Positions 25,524-32,000 of a stretch of DNA of 32,000 nucleotides are shown in pieces. Every line of letters starts with the position of its first letter. Positions within the stretch are counted from its first letter, which is position 1. The position numbers were made by a program, and so were the translations under genes. This DNA is from Patescibacteria group bacterium (lineage in GTDB: Bacteria > Patescibacteriota > Patescibacteriia > 2-01-FULL-39-33): assembly GCA_041662745.1 (NCBI GenBank), contig JBAZRV010000004.1, forward strand, positions 105,412 through 137,411. The letters are read 5' to 3'. The notes below the pieces were generated by a model. The model was not told the DNA's origin, did not search any database, and worked only from the letters and a program-made list of their open reading frames with translations.

Positions 25524-26564
25524 TTATTGTTTATTTTTAATTCTATAATCATCAATCACCCGCTGATAAACTTTCTGATAACCGGAAACCATTTTTTCTA
25601 TGCTGAAAAGTTTTTCAACCCTTTCTCTTGGCGCCTTTCGATTAATTTTATCTACGTTTTTTATAGCTTTAACCATCCCCTTAACGCTATCTACCACATA
25701 TCCAGTTTTTTTATCCGAGATAACCTCTGATACAGCGCCATTTTTCCAACCGATTACAGGTGTGCCGCACGACATAGCTTCAATCATGACATACCCAAAA
25801 TGCTCATTAACTTGGGTAGGAAATAATAAAGCGGTAGCATTCCTTAAATATTCTATCTTCTGTTCAAAATTAGCCTCGCCAACATATCTAATAGTTGTTC
25901 CGTCAATATGTTTTTCTATCTTTTCATGCCAATACCCTTCATCTTGATAACTGTAACCGGCGATAATCAATTGCATGCCAACGGCTTTAGCCGCCTCAAT
26001 TGCCAAATGTACGCCCTTTTGCTCAGTTACTCGTCCCAAATAAAATAAATAAGGTTTCGGTTTAGGGTTGAATGAAAAAATCTCAGTATCAACGCCATGG
26101 TAAATATTGCCAACCCAATTCAATTTAGGCAAACTTTTTCTTTGGGCTTGAGAAAAAGATACGTATCTTACATTTTTAAAATTATTCATTATCTTATACA
26201 AACTGTCATCAATCGGAAAATGAACTGAAGCAATAGTCGGCGTTGAAACCAAAGAAGAAAAAAATCCATGGGTTATATTGAAATGAGAATGGATAATATC
26301 AAATTCTTTGGCAGAACCATAGCATTTAGAAGCTAAAAGCTGGGTGTAATATTTTCTAATGTCTTCTTTTAGATTAAGGGCCGAGGCCTGGTCATTCAAT
26401 ACTGATTCTATCTTACAATCTACTTTTGATTTTGGACTGGCAAAAAGAGTAACCTCATTTTCTTTAGCTAAGCCATCGCAAAGCCAGGCGACATGGGAAT
26501 AAATGGCATGGGATGAATTCGGTTCCGTATTGTAATAATTTAGTGCTAGTTGGGCAATTTTCAT
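25524..26564 (-). CDS. GT4-family (GT-B) glycosyltransferase
   Basis: YLGRVTEQKGVHLAIEAAKAVGMQLIIAG; ATALLFPTQVNEHFGYVMIEAMSCGTPVIGWKNGAVSEVI. Confidence 0.9.
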   Translation of the reverse strand: MKIAQLALNYYNTEPNSSHAIYSHVAWLCDGLAKENEVTLFASPKSKVDCKIESVLNDQASALNLKEDIRKYYTQLLASKCYGSAKEFDIIHSHFNITHGFFSSLVSTPTIASVHFPIDDSLYKIMNNFKNVRYVSFSQAQRKSLPKLNWVGNIYHGVDTEIFSFNPKPKPYLFYLGRVTEQKGVHLAIEAAKAVGMQLIIAGYSYQDEGYWHEKIEKHIDGTTIRYVGEANFEQKIEYLRNATALLFPTQVNEHFGYVMIEAMSCGTPVIGWKNGAVSEVISDKKTGYVVDSVKGMVKAIKNVDKINRKAPRERVEKLFSIEKMVSGYQKVYQRVIDDYRIKNKQ

Positions 26565-27757
26565 TTGTTTTTGATTAATTGTTTAAAGAGTCTTATATAA
26601 TCTTTAAAAACTTTATCGCTTTGATGACTGGAGAAAAGAAAGTTTCTAAGTTTATCAGGCATCGGTTTATTAGCGATAGCTAATATTTTTTTGATGGCCA
26701 GATTAGCATTATTAAAATTAATTACCCAGTCGTTGGCGCCATATTTTTTAAAATCATCCACAAAGCCGACATTTTCCGAAATAGCAATTGGGGTATCACA
26801 ACCCGTTGCCTCCAAAACAACATTAGGTGAAACATCAAAATGCGATGGCAAGATCAATAAATCCATTTGTTGGCAGAATTTTTTAATGCCTTTTTGATCA
26901 AGTGGCGGCACTATAACAATGTTTTTACGATAAAAATCTTTTAACTCCTTATTTTTATTGGTTTTAGGGATTACCGTTACCGAATAAAATTTCCATGGCA
27001 ATTTAAATTTTTGAACTTGTTTAACCAAAGCCGCTACCGCTTTATGATTTTTTATCCTGTCCCAACGGGCGATAATACCGATATTAAAAGTCTGGCCAAT
27101 ATTCTTGCGATGCTTGACGCAGGCATAATTCCTAAAATCCACCGGCAAAGGAATGATATGGGTCTTATTCTTATCAGTTTTAGCCACATTAACATTAAAA
27201 TACCTTCGACTCCAGTCATTAAGAAAAATTTCCGCATCGGCTATTTTCGGTATTTCTTTTTCCATTCCCTCCATTATCTTTCGTCCGGCCAAACTAAAAA
27301 AATCCTTATAAATTCGCAACTCTTTAGTCCAGATACCGGCGTGCTGAATCGCTACCGGAATCTTCTCTTTTTGCGCCGCCTTTAAAATCAACCAATTGGA
27401 AACCGCATAACCATTCAAAAAAATAATATCCGGCCGGGTTATTTTGATTAACTCAGCAATCAAATTAATCGCCGGTTCAAACAGTTTTTCGGCATCTATT
27501 TTTTTCGGTGTCCGCCCTAATTTTTTTACTAATACTCCGGGGATTTCCAATTTATAATATTGCAAGCCTTTGATCTTGCTAACCGGTTTTAATTTTGAAA
27601 ACTTGGTTGAATTAAACTCAACAATTAAACCAAACCAAGAATGTCCTTCCTTTTTTAAAAAACTTTTGAAGCGCTTGGCAAAATTCGCCGGCCCGCCTTT
27701 GGCGTGATGCTTGGAATTCGGCAAATTATTGGAATAATCATTAGATAGAATCAACAT
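26561..27757 (-). CDS. GT-B glycosyltransferase, group 1 type
   Basis: MLILSNDYSNNLPNSKHHAKGGPANFAKRFKSFLK...; QMDLLILPSHFDVSPNVVLEATGCDTPIAISENVGF; overlaps the downstream GT start by 4 nt. Start corrected to 27757 to avoid overlap with ppa. Confidence 0.82.
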   Translation of the reverse strand: MLILSNDYSNNLPNSKHHAKGGPANFAKRFKSFLKKEGHSWFGLIVEFNSTKFSKLKPVSKIKGLQYYKLEIPGVLVKKLGRTPKKIDAEKLFEPAINLIAELIKITRPDIIFLNGYAVSNWLILKAAQKEKIPVAIQHAGIWTKELRIYKDFFSLAGRKIMEGMEKEIPKIADAEIFLNDWSRRYFNVNVAKTDKNKTHIIPLPVDFRNYACVKHRKNIGQTFNIGIIARWDRIKNHKAVAALVKQVQKFKLPWKFYSVTVIPKTNKNKELKDFYRKNIVIVPPLDQKGIKKFCQQMDLLILPSHFDVSPNVVLEATGCDTPIAISENVGFVDDFKKYGANDWVINFNNANLAIKKILAIANKPMPDKLRNFLFSSHQSDKVFKDYIRLFKQLIKNK

Positions 27758-27758
27758 T

Positions 27759-28283
27759 TTATTTTTGGTACTTATTAATTGATTCTCTGATGGCGGCAAT
27801 CGCCTCAGCCTTATCGCCGAATTCATAAACCCTGCTCCATCTGTCCTTTTCCGTTTCCTTATAATGCCTGAAGAATAAGCTGATTTTTTCTTTTACCGGT
27901 AAAGCCAAATCCGCCGAATCCTTGATTCGGCTGTAATTTTCATCCGTTTCATTTACCGGCACAACCAGTATTTTATTGTCTCGGCCGTGCTCATCCGTCA
28001 TTTTCAGTATCGCCACCGGACGGCCAACCGCGGTTCGGCCCTTTACCAATATTTGATCCGACAGGATCATCGCGTCTAAGGCGTCGCCGTCATCGGCCAA
28101 AGTTTCAGGAATGAAACCGTAATTAAAAGGAAACGGCAAAGTCGTCGCCAACACTCGTTCCGCTTCCAACGAATTAGTCCGCGGATTGAGTTCAAATTTT
28201 TTTATTTCGCCTAAGGGTATCTCCACTAGAATATTTAATTCTTCTGGCGCCTTGTCGCCGATTTTTGGCTTGTTAATGCTCAT
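27759..28283 (-). CDS. ppa: Inorganic pyrophosphatase
   Basis: MSINKPKIGDKAPEELNILVEIPLGEIKKFELN...LPFPFNYGFIPETLADDGDALDAMIL. Start corrected to 28283. Confidence 0.92.
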   Translation of the reverse strand: MSINKPKIGDKAPEELNILVEIPLGEIKKFELNPRTNSLEAERVLATTLPFPFNYGFIPETLADDGDALDAMILSDQILVKGRTAVGRPVAILKMTDEHGRDNKILVVPVNETDENYSRIKDSADLALPVKEKISLFFRHYKETEKDRWSRVYEFGDKAEAIAAIRESINKYQK

Positions 28284-28336
28284 AATGACAATCGACGTTA
28301 ATATAAAAATATTAGCATTTACCGCGATTTTAAGCA

Positions 28337-28362
28337 AGAAAAAAGCCGCTGACAAAAGCGGC
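28337..28362 (-). terminator. Rho-independent terminator
   Basis: Minus strand: GCCGCTTTTGTCAGCGGCTTTTTT. Confidence 0.8.
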
Positions 28363-28374
28363 GCAAAGAGCATG

Positions 28375-28815
28375 TTATCGCAAAACGGGATTGTCGTGAC
28401 TTTGCGCAAAATCCATTACTGACCTGATTGCTTCCATCCGGCCTTGCGCCTGGTTAATATCAGTAATGACTTTTGACGCCACAGCCGCGGCTTCGCACAA
28501 AGCATCATTCAAGTCGCCTCTCAAAAGAATAAAATCACGATTAGTCGGAGAATGCGCGAATTGATGCAATTTCAAACCGGTAAAACGATTACCCCATTCC
28601 CGATACAACCGATCAACGACCGCTCCGCAACATTCCATAACCACATTCATTCCTAAAAAATTAAAATGGTGGCAATCATCCTTCCAATAAGTACCGCATA
28701 AACCGCAAGTTTCATCGCCTTCGCTGCCATACATTACGCTGACTTCCTGCCAAGGCAATTTTGACGGACCCTGTGACACGTCAAACCAACGGCCTTCGCT
28801 CTTTTTTTCCGGCAT
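28375..28815 (-). CDS. Hypothetical protein with Cys/His cluster
   Basis: 146 aa; ETCGLCGTYWKDDCHHFNFLGMNVVMECCGAVVDRLY; own terminator. Confidence 0.7.
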   Translation of the reverse strand: MPEKKSEGRWFDVSQGPSKLPWQEVSVMYGSEGDETCGLCGTYWKDDCHHFNFLGMNVVMECCGAVVDRLYREWGNRFTGLKLHQFAHSPTNRDFILLRGDLNDALCEAAAVASKVITDINQAQGRMEAIRSVMDFAQSHDNPVLR

Positions 28816-28929
28816 GACTGTTATCCTTTCTGTTGTTTAAGGTGCTTATTAAACTCATTGCCGTTCTTCCCGCATTGTTTCCTTTAAAATTTTACTTTTC
28901 AAGTTATCCAAATATAGATTGCATAAAAA

Positions 28930-29154
28930 TTACATACGCCTTAACAATACCAATACGGAAGTAATATACAGCGTCAGTAAAATATAAAAAATATTATTGA
29001 TTTTCTCGTTCTGCGGTATATGTTTGACCTTTCTAAAAATCATTAAAATAATCCAAGGAAAAATAAAAAAAGGTAAGAGATAAAAAGAAATTACAAATAT
29101 AACAGTAAGCAATACGCCTATAACAGTAACTGACCAGTAGATTATTCCCGGCAT
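28930..29154 (-). CDS. Small two-TM hypothetical membrane protein
   Basis: MPGIIYWSVTVIGVLLTVIFVISFYLLPFFIFPWIILMIFRKVKHIPQNEKINNIFYILLTLYITSVLVLLRRM. Confidence 0.5.
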   Translation of the reverse strand: MPGIIYWSVTVIGVLLTVIFVISFYLLPFFIFPWIILMIFRKVKHIPQNEKINNIFYILLTLYITSVLVLLRRM

Positions 29155-29177
29155 AAAATTGTTGTTTATTATTAAAC

Positions 29178-29510
29178 TTAGAATCGCAAACTATCCAACA
29201 ATTGGTCTATTTCGCTGGCGTGCCGGCCGCTGTCGTCGTGACGGAATTCCAATCGCGGTATGCTGCGCAACACGATTTTATTATTCAGTTCTCCCTGCAA
29301 GCGCCGGGCCAACAGGTTCAACTTATGCACGACGCGCTCCGCTTCGGCATCAGGCATGACACTGACATAAACAGTGGAATATTTCAAATCGGCCGAAGTG
29401 GTCACGCGAGTAATCGTCACAAAAATATCAGGCAACTCCACCTCGCGATTGATAATCTCGCCCAGTTGCTGCAAAATCAATTCATTGATTTTTACCATTC
29501 GGTCTGACAT
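29178..29510 (-). CDS. rbfA: Ribosome-binding factor A
   Basis: RMVKINELILQQLGEIINREVELPDIFVTITRVTTSADLKYSTVYVSV; located after infB. Confidence 0.9.
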   Translation of the reverse strand: MSDRMVKINELILQQLGEIINREVELPDIFVTITRVTTSADLKYSTVYVSVMPDAEAERVVHKLNLLARRLQGELNNKIVLRSIPRLEFRHDDSGRHASEIDQLLDSLRF

Positions 29511-29549
29511 AATATTTTATTCTTAATTCCGGCCTGACATATCAACTGC

Positions 29550-31520
29550 TTAATCGTAAAATTCAATCACGTCCTTATCTTGGATCAGGGGCTTGCCTTC
29601 AAAAGTCAAACCGCATTCCTGGCCTTCATTAACATGCTCCACGGCTTTGCGGAAGCATTCCAGGCGCGTCACCTTGCCGACGGTAATGGCCTCGCCGGCG
29701 CGCACCACAATCGCCGTATCAGTCGCTTTGATTTCGCCTTCCAGCACGCGGCCGCCGATAATCATATTGCCCGCTTCCTTGCGAAACACCCTGATTACTT
29801 CCAACTTGCCCAAAAGCTTTTGTTTCTTTTCCTGCGATTGCAATATTTTAAGCTGATCTTCAATGTATTCAATCAGATGGTAAATAACCTCGTAAAGCTT
29901 AACATCAACTTTCTTATCGCGCGCCAAATTTGCCACAGTTTGAGCCGGCTTGACTTTGAAGCCGATGATTTCCGCATCCGACGCTTCGGCCTTAAGCACG
30001 TCAGCCTCGGTGATAATGCCCAAACCCTTGCCGATAATCTTGACTTTGACTTCGGGCGTCTCTTTTTTGGCCAATGATTCAATAATCGCCTCTAAGGATC
30101 CCAGCACATCGGCTTTGATGATTAAATTAATGGTTTTAACCTTATCGTTTTCTTCTTCGGTCTGCGGCGCGCTCATAACGGAAAAATCTTTCTGTTGATT
30201 GATGCGGATTTTTCTTAAATCGCGATTGAAATTTTTGGCATCGCCGCAATCCTCCATGATAGAACCGACTTCGGGCGCAAACTTCAAACCGATAATTTTA
30301 ACCGGCGTCCCCGGCGTCGCTTCCTTGACCTCCTCGCCCTTGTAATCTTTGAGCGACCGAACCTTGCCGCACAGGTCATTGCCAATGCATAAGTTTTCGC
30401 CGATGCGTAAAGTTCCGGCTTGCACCAGAATAGTCGCGACAGCGCCTTCGCCCTTGTTCATATGCGATTCAATGATTGTGCCGATAGCCGGACGGTTCGG
30501 ATCAGACATGATGGATTCGCTGTTTAAGTCGGCCAGAAGAATCAGGGTTTCCAACAGATCATCAATGCCCGTGCCTTCCTTAGCCGAAACCGGACGGCAA
30601 ATCACATTACCGCCCCAATCCTCGGGCAAGAGGCCGATAGTGGACAAGTCTTTTTTGACTCGCTCAATATCCGCTTCGGGCCGGTCTATTTTATTGATCG
30701 CCACCACGAATGGCAGCTTGGCGTCTTGAATGATTTTAATCGCTTCCTTGGTTTGCGGCTGGATGCTGTCATCGGCGGCAATAACCAAAATGGCGATATC
30801 GGCTACGCGCGCGCCGCGGCTGCGCATGGCGGTGAAGGCCTCATGGCCGGGAGTGTCAATAAAGGTAAGCGTTCGATCGTTGCGGCGAACCTGATAAGCT
30901 CCGATGTGCTGGGTGATGCCGCCGCTTTCAGTGGAGACGACGTCGGTTTTCCTGATGGCGTCCAAAATCTTAGTCTTGCCGTGATCCACGTGGCCCATAA
31001 CGACGATAACCGGGGGACGGGAAATTTTATTCGTATCTTCTCCGGTTAGAATCTCCTTAAGTTTGTTTTGGGCATCAGTAGTGGCCGCATCCTCGGCCGT
31101 GCCCTCTTCCGGCGACACTTTAAAGCCCAATTCCTCACCGATAATGGAGGCGGTGTCAAAATCAATGCGTTCATTCATGGACGCCAAAACGCCATTGCGC
31201 ATCAAGGCGGTCAAGACTTTGGCGATGGGCAGATTCATCAAGGCGGAAAACTCGCGTACGGTAATGACCGGCGGAACCTTTATTTCTCCGCCTAACAGTT
31301 CGCCGGCAACGGCGCTTACGCCTTGCTGACGGATTTCCGACAGCCAAGCCTGTTCGCGCTCCCGGCGCTCCTTGGCTTTCCACGCTTCCACAATCTTCAA
31401 GGCCAAGCGATCGTCAACTTTAATGGCGCGCCGGCCGATATCAAAACCCATGCCGGGCAGTTTCTCAAAAAGCTCATTGGAAGTTGTTCTCAGCCGTCTG
31501 GCCAATTCTGATACATTCAT
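29550..31520 (-). CDS. infB: Translation initiation factor IF-2
   Basis: [43 protein letters not shown]; [10 protein letters not shown]; AINKIDRP. Short N-terminal region. Confidence 0.96.
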   Translation of the reverse strand: MNVSELARRLRTTSNELFEKLPGMGFDIGRRAIKVDDRLALKIVEAWKAKERREREQAWLSEIRQQGVSAVAGELLGGEIKVPPVITVREFSALMNLPIAKVLTALMRNGVLASMNERIDFDTASIIGEELGFKVSPEEGTAEDAATTDAQNKLKEILTGEDTNKISRPPVIVVMGHVDHGKTKILDAIRKTDVVSTESGGITQHIGAYQVRRNDRTLTFIDTPGHEAFTAMRSRGARVADIAILVIAADDSIQPQTKEAIKIIQDAKLPFVVAINKIDRPEADIERVKKDLSTIGLLPEDWGGNVICRPVSAKEGTGIDDLLETLILLADLNSESIMSDPNRPAIGTIIESHMNKGEGAVATILVQAGTLRIGENLCIGNDLCGKVRSLKDYKGEEVKEATPGTPVKIIGLKFAPEVGSIMEDCGDAKNFNRDLRKIRINQQKDFSVMSAPQTEEENDKVKTINLIIKADVLGSLEAIIESLAKKETPEVKVKIIGKGLGIITEADVLKAEASDAEIIGFKVKPAQTVANLARDKKVDVKLYEVIYHLIEYIEDQLKILQSQEKKQKLLGKLEVIRVFRKEAGNMIIGGRVLEGEIKATDTAIVVRAGEAITVGKVTRLECFRKAVEHVNEGQECGLTFEGKPLIQDKDVIEFYD

Positions 31521-31705
31521 TATATTTAAGTTAAAAGTTTATAAGATCTGTAAAATCAAAGGTTTTGGATGAAATCAGGGGCCTTCAAATCAAAATAATT
31601 ACATAAAACTGCTTTAACCATAACAAAATAAGCCAAAAAAATCAAGCCAACGGGTAACTTGACGTAATTGAAATTTATTGTCAGATGATTTATAGTAAAC
31701 AAAGA

Positions 31706-31728
31706 CCCAGCCGACAAAGCCGGCTGGG
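31706..31728 (-). terminator. Putative terminator hairpin
   Basis: CCCAGCCG/CGGCTGGG stem; weak T-tract on minus. Confidence 0.4.
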
Positions 31729-31752
31729 CGTGGAATGTTCATTGAAACCAAA

Positions 31753-31977
31753 TTAGATGTGACCGAAAACCAAGGTATTCCAACCATCTTCCGGAATTTC
31801 TCCAGCCCAAAAGAAAGAGAACGATCTGTCTCCAAGTACGGCATTATAAACTTCATCAACGCAATTGGAGACGACTTCTTCGTTGGCACCGGCCACGATA
31901 AATCGCAAAGGCTGGCCCCAACGCCTGTTGATGGAGTCACCGCCGATGGTTACCGCATGCTCAGCGGCTTCATACAT
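31753..31977 (-). CDS. Hypothetical protein, possibly 5'-truncated by the window edge
   Basis: 74 aa ...GGDSINRRWGQPLRFIVAGANEEVVSNCVDEVYNAVLGDRSFSFFWAGEIPEDGWNTLVFGHI; the frame stays open upstream to the window end. Confidence 0.5.
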   Translation of the reverse strand: MYEAAEHAVTIGGDSINRRWGQPLRFIVAGANEEVVSNCVDEVYNAVLGDRSFSFFWAGEIPEDGWNTLVFGHI

Positions 31978-32000
31978 AAGAAAAGCGTGGTCGCCGTGGC

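Noticed and set aside
29580-31511. Plus-strand ORFs opposite infB
   Set aside because: Antisense to the well-supported infB coding frame.
1-32000. CRISPR array, cas genes, transposase or integrase
   Set aside because: No regularly spaced direct repeats with unique spacers and no recognisable Cas, transposase or recombinase protein in the supplied ORFs.

Overview
This 32 kb window looks like a Patescibacteria/CPR-like bacterial genome fragment (inference from gene content and sequence style; no search was run). Most of it is ordinary housekeeping: infB-rbfA, ppa, rpmF-nusB-rnc, pilT, deoC, an SPFH protein, a DEAD-box helicase, two glycosyltransferases and seven intact tRNAs. Three parts deserve attention. 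(1) Three composite elements sit immediately upstream of intact tRNA-Lys(CTT), tRNA-Arg(TCG) and tRNA-Gly(GCC). Each is a duplicated 5' part of the neighbouring tRNA fused to a conserved, tRNA-unrelated structured segment of about 110-200 nt. The Lys and Gly inserts are about 86% identical over 84 nt without gaps. The Arg insert is divergent in sequence but appears to share the helix order, with apparent compensatory changes. I cannot assign this to a known RNA family and consider it the best candidate for an undescribed element. (2) A 957-aa protein (21606..24479, -) resembles eukaryotic Major Vault Protein from the N-terminal repeats through the shoulder to a long charged cap helix. (3) An apparent operon (12387..17073) encodes PP2C phosphatase, a Ser/Thr kinase with a Zn-ribbon, an isochorismatase-like cysteine hydrolase and a vWA protein. 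It resembles a TerY-P-type signalling triad with an added hydrolase. Smaller points are a CrtC/AttH-like plus Cfa pair, an AmmeMemoRadiSam A/radical-SAM pair, a lone ProB-like kinase, a compact kinase-like protein and a truncated coiled-coil protein with a 12-aa Ser/Gly/Trp tandem tail that the ORF track missed.
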